Assembly (NCBI GenBank): GCA_022394755.1
Contig: JAGFCA010000015.1
Span: 44,693 to 108,692 of the forward strand
Length of the DNA: 64,000 nt
Direction: 5' to 3'
Source of the DNA: Candidatus Poribacteria bacterium
GTDB lineage: Bacteria; Poribacteria; WGA-4E; WGA-3G
Under the pieces are notes generated by a model. It was not told where the DNA came from. It did not search any database and saw only the letters and a list, made by a program, of their open reading frames with translations. Positions 10,301-19,522 of the stretch are shown here, piece by piece (the stretch's first letter is position 1; each line of letters starts with the position of its first letter). Made by a program: the position numbers and the translations under genes.

Positions 10301-13300
10301 CCGGTGTTATCAAGGTTAATCATTGCTAATGGGAATGCCACTGAACCGTTACGCTTAGTGACTTCACCATGAGGTGTATACCATCCATCATTTACGTTAC
10401 CGAGTTCATCTGCCATCAATGAGAACGAATTGTCGGCATCGCTTCCTACTGTATACATAACTCGATGTCCATCAATAAGAACACCTGTCAGGTCAGCAAC
10501 CATCAACGAACCATTATTCACGTTGAAACTAACTGAGATAGAATCACGGAGTGGAATCGTTTCTGGAAGTTCGCCATCAACAAGTTCGCCATCAACTGAT
10601 GTAACAGTTAGATCAGTAATATCACTGACTCGGAAGTTAAGTACATGGACAGTAATGGAAGGAGAACTACCATCATCTTGGACATTTCCAAATTCATCTA
10701 TAGTCAATGCATGGTACTGATATGAACCATTTGCCAACTGACCAACATCAACAGAAACAGTACCGTCTTCCAGACTACCGTCTGCTTCAGTTGTAGTTCC
10801 ATCGGCATCAGTTTGAACGACTCTGATACTACCACCTTCATAGGTAATAGGATCAGCAGTTGGTTCAACAGTGAATATAGCAACTGGAGTATCAACAGTA
10901 GGATCAACAATACCACCCACAGTGTAGCTGCCATCTTCATTGGCTTCAATTGAGCCAGCGGAATCTGCGACATCTGTAATGTTTGTTGGTCCAAGTGGTG
11001 GTACATCATCCACATTGTCTAATGAGAAATGGGCATCCACACCATCGCGTTGATGGTATTCGGGATGTGCCAAATTCTTCGGTGTAAGTGAAATTGCTCT
11101 TACCTGATATTGATTATCATCCAAAGAGGCATCGCGTTCTGCTGCGTCCCCTCTTTCAATAGTATCATCTAATGTGATGGTATCTTCTGGTCTATCTTCA
11201 CCTAAACGTGCCAATACACGTGTATCCACTGTAACGGACCATTTATGGAAAGATCCAGGAATTGCGAATTCACCTTCACCATCATTAACAGTGTTATGTC
11301 CTGTTATCTGGACTAAACCAGTAACAATACCAGCTAAATCTGATCCATCAATTTCCTTAGGTGGTTCATCTGTTCCAGGAATACGTTCCCAAGTTTCATC
11401 ACCGGGTCGTTTCACTTCAAAGCGAACACCTTCAGTTGGTGGTGAGGTAAGTCCATAAGTATATGCGTTGAATGTTAGTTCATACTTTGGAGCACCACTA
11501 TCAGCATTGGTCATTCCATCAGAATTATCAACTGTGATAGCTAATACACCAGGATCAGGTCTGTAAGAGTTTTGTACACTAACAGTAATTTCATCATCAT
11601 CATAATCGTCAGCCTGGATATTCCCATATGTGAGGAACATATCATCAGCTGCAGTAACATCGTCATACGCTGCGGCTTTATCATAAGCTAAAGCGTGTAC
11701 AGTAAATGTATAGACTTCGTCATCTGTTGGATTATAAACAAGATCATCTGGATCTTGTAGATATCTGTCATTGTAGACTAATTCATCTGCATCCATTAGA
11801 GTTCCGATATCAATAGTTACAGTGAATTCGCCACTACCATCGGCAGTTTCTGTCACCTCACCTAAAATAGCATCTTCTGGGAGAGATGAAAGCAACTTTA
11901 CGCCTGCATAGGTCGTACGAACAGCTTCAGGTGTAAGTGTGAGTGTAATGACTGGAGAATTTACGTTTTCATCATACTTGTCGGTAAGACCACCAACTGT
12001 GTATGTCCCATCTCCATTATCTGCAAAGATACTATCTATTGCATCTACACTTGATACAATAACATTGGTAGGTCCTAAAGGTGCAACATCATCATCGTTG
12101 TCGACAGAGAATGTATCTGTATACATTTCACCTGCAACAGCTTCAGAAATATCACTGCCATCGTCACCAACAGCATAGGCACGTACCATATACTTATTGT
12201 CATCAAGAGAAGCATCACGTGCAGCTGGACTATCCTTAGTAATTGTATCTTCTAAGGCAGTTGTATCAACAGCAACTGTCCATCTAAGATAACTACCTGA
12301 GTCCTGTATATGTAGCATGTTATCGGTATACACATCTGCTAATGAACTTCCATTGAACATCACGGCTGCTGTATCTGTTCCGCTCAATTCCATGCCGGTA
12401 CCTTCAACGGTTCCGATCATTGTCCATGCTTCATCGTTTACGCGTTTAGCTTCAATTCGAATAGAACTTGTTGCTGGTACTGAACGTCTTGGTGTATAAC
12501 CTATGAGGTTAATTGTACCTTGCGGTCCACCACTATCTTGATTTGTCATCACGATAGAAGCGTCATCAACATCAACGATCAATACTTCTGGATCAACAGG
12601 ATGAATATCAGCATCAAGATGAATCTTGAACATCTCTGATGTATGTGTAAACTTTAGTCCATTGGTAGTTACAGTTTGAATAGCGACATAATCACCAGCA
12701 GCAACTAAGTCCTGAAAATCTGTTACTTCCCAATCAACGGCAAGAGTATCACCAGATGTGTGAGTAGCCTCTGCCAATTCAAGTGTATCAATTGTGATCC
12801 AATCTCCATCGGCATTCTGATACTGAACCATTATTTCGCCCGGATGGATAGTCCGTTCATTGAGTGTAACTGTAAGTGTGATCATATCAGTATTACTGTA
12901 TAGATACCCATTTTCATAGGAGTCATCTTTACCGTTATTGTTGATATCACCTAAACTTGCAGCTGTTACACTTGACGTATCAATCTCAGGTCCAACAATT
13001 CTTAGTCTTGTTGGTGGTACCTGTGATCCAACGTTAAAGACAGTATCAATACCCATTGCACGGATACCATAATCACCGGTTAGGAGCGGTATACCTTCAC
13101 CTTGAATGGGCATACCCATATTACGTGTTGGATCGAATGCTAAAGGAATTAAATTGAAGTCTTGGATTACAGCACCAAACAAGTTGGAAATTAAGCTGAT
13201 TTGTTCAGAACTGAGTTTAATCCCTAAATTATCTAAGAATGGTTGTACCAATCCAGAAATATCTGAATTTAGTATTCCTAATAGTGCATTAACATCTAAT

Positions 13301-15420
13301 GCAGCCAATGTCTGGATCTGTGGATCAGTTTGGCCTTCTAACTCAGCTCGGATTAAATCCCATACATCTGATGCTAACATAGAATTCTCAACCGTCAATG
13401 GCAACCAAGTGCCAACCGGATTTCCATCAGCATCCAAATCAATTAATTGATAAATGAGATATCCTTGTCCTTGTCCAATACCAACTGCACTACTTGCTTG
13501 TATATTTAGGACAGAAGATTGTGTTGGATCATGAGCAGTAGCAACAAAAACACCTTCCTTATTCCAATAACCTGCTGTGTTTGAATCAGCGGGTCCAATA
13601 GCAATATTTGCTGATGGGGCAGTAGTGTCTACATTTATGTTTGCAGCAATATGATCAACTGCTTCGCCATTTGCATTATATACAACAGCTTCAATCTTAG
13701 ATGCACCGGCAACTGAATCCTCAATTGAACCGATATCTCCATACCATAGTGAATCATGCTGAATATCAACTTGTGGTACACTGAAAACTGATGCTAAGAG
13801 AGGATCAAAGTTGCTCTCAAAAGTCGTAAACAAATCATTGGCATTTCGTAGTATCAACTTTTGTAAGGTATTAATATCGCTGCCTTTAATTTTAAATTCA
13901 GAGGCTGGACTTGCCAATTGTGGTAGGACTATTCTTGCAACTTCTGCAGCGACATCAGGTGTAATCAATGACTCAAGAATACCACGATCATCAAACTGTA
14001 AGTTTTTCGGATCAGGCATTGCCCAACTACTAATTTCATATACATTCGTAGCATCAAGACTGTGTGTACCTTCTGGTGAATTAAGAGCAGCAAAAACTGC
14101 CTCAGGATTAACCACTTCAAGCATAACAGGTTCAGCCAAAGTTACTTCAAAGAAATAGTAAGTATTCCCTTTTGGAAGGATACCTATCTTACTTTCCCAA
14201 ACTACACCGTTTTCACCATGTACAGGATCCATATCAACGGCGATGTAATCTCCATCTAAACCAGTCTGTGAATACCGAAGTACAACACCTGAGAAGAGTT
14301 GATTACCTAAAGCTGGCCATGCAGGTAGGTTAGTAGCTGCAAGTGATTCATCTAAACTGAATACATAAGGAATGGTATCAGCTTGAAATTCTTCTGGTGT
14401 TATTCTTTGTCCTTCACCAACAATATAGTCATCAATCCGAAATTCAACACGTCCCTCTTCAAGTGTAGATGGGACACGTACATATAGATTCAAACTATCA
14501 GATGTAAGATACTTCTGGTTGTATGGATCTGATTGGTTGAAAATAGCACTAAGAAGCGAAGGTGTAATTCCATTTCCAAAGTTTTCATAGTCCAACTGTG
14601 GTTCATCAACCTGGAAAATAGAAGTTGGCCGATGTGCAGTGAGTACTTGTTTAATTTGCTTCTTTGGAAGGAATCCTTTTGGTACTTGTGCAAGAATAAC
14701 GTCAACGACATCATCTACATATCCATCAGCCAAATCCGGTGATAATCCAGCAGCTGCAATCATATCTCTGATGAATGCTCTTCCGTGCACTCTATTCAGA
14801 GAAAGTCCGCCGAGTCTGGACTGACCGTTTAGATTTGATGTAGCTAATTCAACTGGATCCCCCATAACCTTTGTAGGAGGTTCTGGTTCCAATGGAGGTG
14901 TTGTTGGTTCCGTTGGAGGTTCTGTAGGCTCCGTTGGTGGAGTCGTTGGTTCCGTTGGTTCCGTTGGTTCCGTTGGCTCCGTTGGTTCCGTTGGTTCCGT
15001 TGGAGTCTGGCCTGCATTAAGCAATGCTTCAAGAGCTTCTATCGCAGGAACATCAAGAAGCAATTTTTGTACAAGAGGATCTCCGAGCAATGCCTTGACA
15101 TCATCATCTTCTTTAATAAGTGTTATAAATTGCTGATCGACACCCTGAGTTGCTAATAAATCTGGATTCTGGATACCTAATGCAATCAATTGAGGGTTTA
15201 AAAGCGCTTGAGTCTCAGGTTTCTTCAACGTACTAAGAACTAATGGTAAGAGTGCTTTTATATCCTCACGGCTAAGCGTCTCACTATATTTATCAAACAC
15301 TTGCTGCGCTAATTCTTGACCAGAAACTTCTTCCTGCGCCAACACAGTGCTTGGGGTTATACTGTGAAAAACACACAATGTAAAAATCAAAAACGAAACA
15401 AAAAGTGTTCGTTTTTTCAT
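7309..15420 (-). CDS. Giant acidic secreted surface protein with tandem Ig-like repeats and T9SS/FlgD-Ig-like C-terminal domain (S-layer/adhesin candidate)
   Basis: Signal peptide and RBS gaggagga; PTE linker; ~88-aa repeats starting GPxVxIxSPAxGQxYDHG; C-terminus NYPNPF...WDGKSSGGEDLARGIYFCQI...KLALTR. Confidence 0.88.
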   Translation of the reverse strand: MKKRTLFVSFLIFTLCVFHSITPSTVLAQEEVSGQELAQQVFDKYSETLSREDIKALLPLVLSTLKKPETQALLNPQLIALGIQNPDLLATQGVDQQFITLIKEDDDVKALLGDPLVQKLLLDVPAIEALEALLNAGQTPTEPTEPTEPTEPTEPTEPTTPPTEPTEPPTEPTTPPLEPEPPTKVMGDPVELATSNLNGQSRLGGLSLNRVHGRAFIRDMIAAAGLSPDLADGYVDDVVDVILAQVPKGFLPKKQIKQVLTAHRPTSIFQVDEPQLDYENFGNGITPSLLSAIFNQSDPYNQKYLTSDSLNLYVRVPSTLEEGRVEFRIDDYIVGEGQRITPEEFQADTIPYVFSLDESLAATNLPAWPALGNQLFSGVVLRYSQTGLDGDYIAVDMDPVHGENGVVWESKIGILPKGNTYYFFEVTLAEPVMLEVVNPEAVFAALNSPEGTHSLDATNVYEISSWAMPDPKNLQFDDRGILESLITPDVAAEVARIVLPQLASPASEFKIKGSDINTLQKLILRNANDLFTTFESNFDPLLASVFSVPQVDIQHDSLWYGDIGSIEDSVAGASKIEAVVYNANGEAVDHIAANINVDTTAPSANIAIGPADSNTAGYWNKEGVFVATAHDPTQSSVLNIQASSAVGIGQGQGYLIYQLIDLDADGNPVGTWLPLTVENSMLASDVWDLIRAELEGQTDPQIQTLAALDVNALLGILNSDISGLVQPFLDNLGIKLSSEQISLISNLFGAVIQDFNLIPLAFDPTRNMGMPIQGEGIPLLTGDYGIRAMGIDTVFNVGSQVPPTRLRIVGPEIDTSSVTAASLGDINNNGKDDSYENGYLYSNTDMITLTVTLNERTIHPGEIMVQYQNADGDWITIDTLELAEATHTSGDTLAVDWEVTDFQDLVAAGDYVAIQTVTTNGLKFTHTSEMFKIHLDADIHPVDPEVLIVDVDDASIVMTNQDSGGPQGTINLIGYTPRRSVPATSSIRIEAKRVNDEAWTMIGTVEGTGMELSGTDTAAVMFNGSSLADVYTDNMLHIQDSGSYLRWTVAVDTTALEDTITKDSPAARDASLDDNKYMVRAYAVGDDGSDISEAVAGEMYTDTFSVDNDDDVAPLGPTNVIVSSVDAIDSIFADNGDGTYTVGGLTDKYDENVNSPVITLTLTPEAVRTTYAGVKLLSSLPEDAILGEVTETADGSGEFTVTIDIGTLMDADELVYNDRYLQDPDDLVYNPTDDEVYTFTVHALAYDKAAAYDDVTAADDMFLTYGNIQADDYDDDEITVSVQNSYRPDPGVLAITVDNSDGMTNADSGAPKYELTFNAYTYGLTSPPTEGVRFEVKRPGDETWERIPGTDEPPKEIDGSDLAGIVTGLVQITGHNTVNDGEGEFAIPGSFHKWSVTVDTRVLARLGEDRPEDTITLDDTIERGDAAERDASLDDNQYQVRAISLTPKNLAHPEYHQRDGVDAHFSLDNVDDVPPLGPTNITDVADSAGSIEANEDGSYTVGGIVDPTVDTPVAIFTVEPTADPITYEGGSIRVVQTDADGTTTEADGSLEDGTVSVDVGQLANGSYQYHALTIDEFGNVQDDGSSPSITVHVLNFRVSDITDLTVTSVDGELVDGELPETIPLRDSISVSFNVNNGSLMVADLTGVLIDGHRVMYTVGSDADNSFSLMADELGNVNDGWYTPHGEVTKRNGSVAFPLAMINLDNTGPMIDFVTPTEGSTVNDLPTLQAGYNDGELGVGVSSENTTSVSLARIRPSDESQEEISITIDQAMVEQDIDSVVYTRTDKLAGGAYKFTVKVSDSLGNIGEASTSFAVEGLDPTVVITAPAAGQSFDHSPTRVTGFFAGGGDVNISKFTINGEDMEAVVDGNNFSYTPANALGDGEYTVDVEVTDGSGLTSQSSITFTVDIPGPSIAIISPAAGQEYDHGSPEVLLDYSGVAEPVSLALTINGEAVEVAEGSMSYTPDPALGDGEYTLVATITDANGKTDDATVVFSVVIPGPTVAIHSPASGQLFDHGKPVLRGEFTGVDPVELTVTVNDVEIEVVVDGNEFTYTPADGIGDGDYTIVANVVDPNGKTDKATTVFTVRLPEPTVSIQSPAAGLTYNNGSPVVAGEFTGVVPVEVKLSINGEDAEVKVDGNQFTHDLAEALAHGDHTISVEVTDANGKTAQATTVFTVDIPGPSVSILSPASGQIYDHGAPVIRAKFMGSTDVDVTTFTINGEDADGEVEDNQLTYTPDPTLGVGEHTVVVEVTDANKKTAEATVVFSVTKDNTPPVISANSPTGVVRLNKADVAAEDMGVTISADISDPESDLLSVKYLIDDTAPTHSYPVDHAGNKFEVTHSFSAGTHSITLIVESEGGSKEFRWTFTVEVDQAPPTISHITPAGTVHAGLPTISASATDDTGVEEISITVMDSSGEEVKGESSDDSEDRANEGITRLDFNPEAPLEEGTYTISVRATDGYGNSSTAKGSFTVSFDTAAPIITMASPQNGSRLTYKHDEERKPNISIAYSDAGTGINVDSIRFVFNDQLINLTSKQKSASQVNYTPPADLEPGKYVVKLEVSDNAHQQGNVSEKTKGAREPNTAVYEFSFFVERGDVPIMWAAPFNYPNPFSKDTRISLVLARRANVSITIFDSTLRPVRVLVDNEVMEAGNYTKNPAGAGSNAIGWDGKSSGGEDLARGIYFCQIEVNDGIEPEFAILKLALTR
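14880..15003 (-). repeat. 9-bp tandem repeat encoding the Pro-Thr-Glu linker
   Basis: (ccgttggtt)n on the plus strand; PTEPTEPTEPTE... Confidence 0.9.
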
Positions 15421-15880
15421 TAACTTTTCCTCCTCGTTAAGTCACGCTAAAACGAGACTAAATACTGAAGTTTTAAATGGGCGATAAACACGACATAAAC
15501 GACCGGAGGTAGGTGTTTGCCCATCCATTAACATCCTACTACCAAGTATTAAAATTCTTTTTCCTACTACGTAAGTCAACCTAAAGATAGTCTTAACATA
15601 TCTTGTATACATGTCAAAAGCAGCAATTTTTGGCACCGAATATTGTAGCACTCCACTGGGAATACATATTAATAGTTTATCTAACAGGGTCGGTTGATTA
15701 CGTAAATGTAATATTTTATTGACTGAAAATGAGTCCATAATAAAGGAACATCAGTTATTTTAACAAAAGTCAAAATAATACGCAAGTTTTAATTGGGAAA
15801 TACCGCTTAATTCTTTAAAAAATACCAAATTTCCCAACCTATCAATTTATATCAACGATTAAATCATAGTAATAGGTAAC

Positions 15881-15909
15881 ATATTACCATAAATTAAAAT
15901 ATAAGTCAA
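15881..15909 (-). promoter_or_regulatory. Candidate sigma70 promoter for the giant surface-protein operon
   Basis: TTGACT-17 bp-TAATAT with TG extension, about 460 nt upstream of the ATG. Confidence 0.45.
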
Positions 15910-15993
15910 ATGATTTTCTTAAATTATATCATCAAATTTCTTTACTTTTTTGTCTTGAATTTACCAATTGACAATTGGCGAAAATTCTATTTA

Positions 15994-16021
15994 TTGACAG
16001 AATACTATTAAAGGTTAAAAT
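15994..16021 (+). promoter_or_regulatory. Candidate sigma70 promoter
   Basis: TTGACA-16 bp-TAAAAT, 33 nt upstream of ATG 16055. Confidence 0.5.
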
Positions 16022-16054
16022 TGTCAACAAAGAATCATTTTGGAGTAAATTGTT

Positions 16055-16795
16055 ATGTTAAACGACTTAGAAAAATCTCATCTTGATGAATATGGGTATT
16101 TGTTGTTAAAAAATATGATACCTACAGAAATTGTTACAGAATTACGAATACGGTCTTTAGACATTGCTGTTTCGGAACAAGCATCCGGGAATGGTTATAC
16201 ATATATGAAAGATAATCGAGCACAACGTGTTTGGAATCTAATTAATAAAGGAGAAGTCTTTGAAGATGCAATTCAACACACAAAAATGCTGGCTGCGATA
16301 GAATACCTTCTGGGGACAGACTGTACACTCAGTTCTTTTACTGTGAATATTCTCTATCCGGGTGCACCCGATGGCGGTCTACATATTGATTATCCGTTAT
16401 CAACACTTCCAACACCACGTCCCAATTTTCCTCTGGTTGCTAACAGTGTCTGGTTCTTGGATGATTTTACCCTTGAAAACGGATCTACAAGTTGTGTTCC
16501 AAGTAGTCACCATAGACTCAATTCTGTACCTGAACCCGGAATTGAATATGATGATGAAAAACAGATCTGTGGACCGGCGGGATCAGTTTTAATTTTAAAC
16601 GGGGCAGTCTGGCACGGATCATCGGAGAATAGAAGTGATACTACTCGAGTCGCATTACTCGGCTTTTTCTGTCGTTCTATTCTTAAACCGCAACAGGATC
16701 ATTTTAAGATTGTTTCTGATGATGTAATTGACCGAGCTTCTCCTACATTAAAACGTTTGCTTGGATTTAATTCATTGCCTAATTTGAATACATAA
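16055..16795 (+). CDS. Phytanoyl-CoA dioxygenase (PhyH) family Fe(II)/2OG dioxygenase
   Basis: DEYGY start; HID...WHGS..N.S...R facial triad; LDDFTLENGST. Confidence 0.9.
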   Translation: MLNDLEKSHLDEYGYLLLKNMIPTEIVTELRIRSLDIAVSEQASGNGYTYMKDNRAQRVWNLINKGEVFEDAIQHTKMLAAIEYLLGTDCTLSSFTVNILYPGAPDGGLHIDYPLSTLPTPRPNFPLVANSVWFLDDFTLENGSTSCVPSSHHRLNSVPEPGIEYDDEKQICGPAGSVLILNGAVWHGSSENRSDTTRVALLGFFCRSILKPQQDHFKIVSDDVIDRASPTLKRLLGFNSLPNLNT

Positions 16796-16966
16796 AACTA
16801 TTGTATTGATAGTCTTGAGCAATACACATCTTACGTTGAGGTTACCGTTTGGTAAATTTAAGCTGCTTCTTCAGAATTGGATCGAAATAAAGAAAGGTGC
16901 GGATATTCAAACCACATTGAAAATATGTGAAATTCATTCAATAATTATCATCCAAACATTGATATT

Positions 16967-18391
16967 TTAAGAATTGGTGAATGAATCTAATAGAGACTGT
17001 GCTGCTTGATCACCACTGTAGATACAATCTGGTATTCCAATACCTGTGTAGGCATTTCCTGCAATTGTTAATCCTTTGATTTTCTTTGCTTGATCTTGAA
17101 TATCGCTTATATTGGTCTGATGTCCTACTAAATATTGTGCCATTGATTTATTATGATGACTTACAACAGTAAAAATTGGACTTGATTGAATCCCAAGTAA
17201 ATCTGATACATTTTTACATACCAGAGATACTACTTCCTCATGATTTCTATTTTGTATCTTATTCTCACCGATGAAAGCTCTTAGTAACACATTCCCCGCA
17301 GGCGCGCGATTCTCAAATTTTATACTACTAAACGAACATCCGATTAGATTCAATTGTTCTTTAATCGGAACAACGAAACCCATACCGTTGAGTGGATGTG
17401 TAACGTCTTCACGACGGAAAGCCATATTAATTGTAACTGATGATGTGTAAGGAATAGTATTAAGTTTTTCTGCTAAAGTAGGTGAAAAATTTCTAATAAT
17501 TTGGCTTGTACGGGGAGCAGGAAGCGCTATGCAGAGTAAATCTGATTCTAATTTTGTATTTTTTTCAAGAACAATCTCCCAATGAGAGTTGTCATCATTC
17601 CGACGAATTGTTTCAACCTGAGTGTTAAGTTGGATAAATTCTGATAGTTTATCGGCAAGTGTATCCACTAATGTCTGCATCCCGTCTCTGAATGATAAAA
17701 ACAAGCTATATCGAGGTCCACTTGTATCTTTGCTCGTTTGGGATGCCTTCTTCTTCTGATTTAAAAGTGCTCTTATGATGCTTCCATGTTCTTTTTCCAT
17801 TTCCAAAAATCGAGGGAATGTTGCACTAAGACTTAGATTCTCTGCATCAGAAGTATAGATACCACCTATCATCGGTTGTGCCATCCGTTCAAATGCTTCA
17901 ATACCAAGACGACGTCTAACGAAATCTGCAACCGACTCATCATCAGAATTTTCTTTTGCTGATATAAAAAGGTCTAATAATATACGTAGTTTACCTTTCA
18001 AACTGAATATTGGTGTTTTTATAAAAGGTAGAAAAGACCCGGGTGCCATCATGTAAAATCCCTCTGGCACCGGAACAAGCTTATTTTTTCGTACAACGAA
18101 GCTTCTTCTGACTTTGGAATTTGTGCCAATGAAGTGTTCATCAATCCCGAGTTCTTCACATAACGCCTTTCCCCACGGTTTTGTTGATATGAATGCATCT
18201 GGACCGTGTTCAATTACAAAACCATCTCGATGTTCTGTATGTATAATACCACCAACTCTGTTCCCAGCCTCAAGAATCTTTAATTCAAGAGGGATTTTTC
18301 TCTTTTTTGCTTCAGTGCTTAGTCGATAGGCAGCTGTTAATCCAGTAATTCCACCTCCGATTACGATGGCACGTTTGTGTGGTTGCGTCAT
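16967..18391 (-). CDS. hemY: HemY-type (copro/proto)porphyrinogen oxidase
   Basis: IGGGITGLTAAY, EHGPDAF, PMIGGIY, GIGIPDCI; located in the heme operon. Confidence 0.93.
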   Translation of the reverse strand: MTQPHKRAIVIGGGITGLTAAYRLSTEAKKRKIPLELKILEAGNRVGGIIHTEHRDGFVIEHGPDAFISTKPWGKALCEELGIDEHFIGTNSKVRRSFVVRKNKLVPVPEGFYMMAPGSFLPFIKTPIFSLKGKLRILLDLFISAKENSDDESVADFVRRRLGIEAFERMAQPMIGGIYTSDAENLSLSATFPRFLEMEKEHGSIIRALLNQKKKASQTSKDTSGPRYSLFLSFRDGMQTLVDTLADKLSEFIQLNTQVETIRRNDDNSHWEIVLEKNTKLESDLLCIALPAPRTSQIIRNFSPTLAEKLNTIPYTSSVTINMAFRREDVTHPLNGMGFVVPIKEQLNLIGCSFSSIKFENRAPAGNVLLRAFIGENKIQNRNHEEVVSLVCKNVSDLLGIQSSPIFTVVSHHNKSMAQYLVGHQTNISDIQDQAKKIKGLTIAGNAYTGIGIPDCIYSGDQAAQSLLDSFTNS

Positions 18392-18572
18392 ATATTTTAG
18401 TTGGAATAGGATAATTATATGAGGGAGTAGTTAGGTTTTCTTCTACATGTCTTCACGATTCAACGCCGATGAGAATAATCTATTGTTATGGCTTGGATTA
18501 CTCAATAATCAAACCATTCAAAACTATCTCATAATAAAACCATGTTCTGTATAACAAACCTTAGATTCTGAA

Positions 18573-19514
18573 CTATTTTGATTTCTCACAGACAAAATCT
18601 GCTAACATGGAGATAAAATTTGGATGATCCCCAACAGTTTGTGCTCGTATAAAATCAATACCGTGCTCTTCTGCAATTTCTCTCGCTTCAATATCAAGAT
18701 CGTATAACACTTCGACATGATCACATAGAAAACCGATAGGGGAAACAACAACGGTATCAATACCTTGCTCATTTTTTGTTTCCAAAAGATTATTGATATC
18801 GGGTTGTACCCAAGGAATAGGGCTGTTTTCTACCTCACTCTGATATGCTAATGTGTAGTCTGATTTGGCTAACATCTCTGTTGTTGCTTCGGCAGTTTCT
18901 CTAAACTGTTGGGTGTATTGTGAATTATCAGCTGCAGACTGTGGAATAGAATGTGCAGTAAAAATGAGATCGGCTTTCTCGAACTTAGCCCCACATGCTG
19001 TTTTAATTAAATCGGCAATTGCACTAACATACCCATCGTGTGTATACCAAGGGTCAAGGTAATCAATTGTAATCTTTGTATTCTCAAGTGCATCAATACC
19101 TTTCTGGACTGCATTTTGATACCAATCCCAACTTACTTTGGCTTGGTGTGGTGCCATGATAATCCCCAAAATATCACGGTGTCCTTTTTGTGCCATTTCA
19201 GCAATTACTTCGCTTAGATATGGTGTCCAATGTCTGAAACCAGCATATACTGGTAATGGTAAATTCCGTTCTTCTAAGGTATTTTGAAGGGCTTTAGCTT
19301 GTGTATAAGTTAATTCGTTGAATGGAGAAAACCCACCTAATTTAACATAATGAGTTGAGATATCTCTAACTCGTTCTTTTTGTGAATCTGCATCACCTGC
19401 AATTCCTTCAACAAAACAGTATGCTTCCCCAGGACAAGAGTTTGTCTCATATTTTTTACAGCATCCAGGAGTTGGTCCACCAAATGCTACAAGTAATACA
19501 CTATCATATTTCAT
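18573..19514 (-). CDS. hemH: Ferrochelatase (coproporphyrin ferrochelatase-like)
   Basis: FGGP, GGFSP, FTAHSIP, PIGFLCDHVEVLYDLD. Confidence 0.93.
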   Translation of the reverse strand: MKYDSVLLVAFGGPTPGCCKKYETNSCPGEAYCFVEGIAGDADSQKERVRDISTHYVKLGGFSPFNELTYTQAKALQNTLEERNLPLPVYAGFRHWTPYLSEVIAEMAQKGHRDILGIIMAPHQAKVSWDWYQNAVQKGIDALENTKITIDYLDPWYTHDGYVSAIADLIKTACGAKFEKADLIFTAHSIPQSAADNSQYTQQFRETAEATTEMLAKSDYTLAYQSEVENSPIPWVQPDINNLLETKNEQGIDTVVVSPIGFLCDHVEVLYDLDIEAREIAEEHGIDFIRAQTVGDHPNFISMLADFVCEKSK

Positions 19515-19522
19515 ATCATCTC

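Noticed and set aside
15442-15738. 98-aa ORF upstream of the giant gene
   Set aside because: No clear RBS or recognisable motif; more likely leader sequence.
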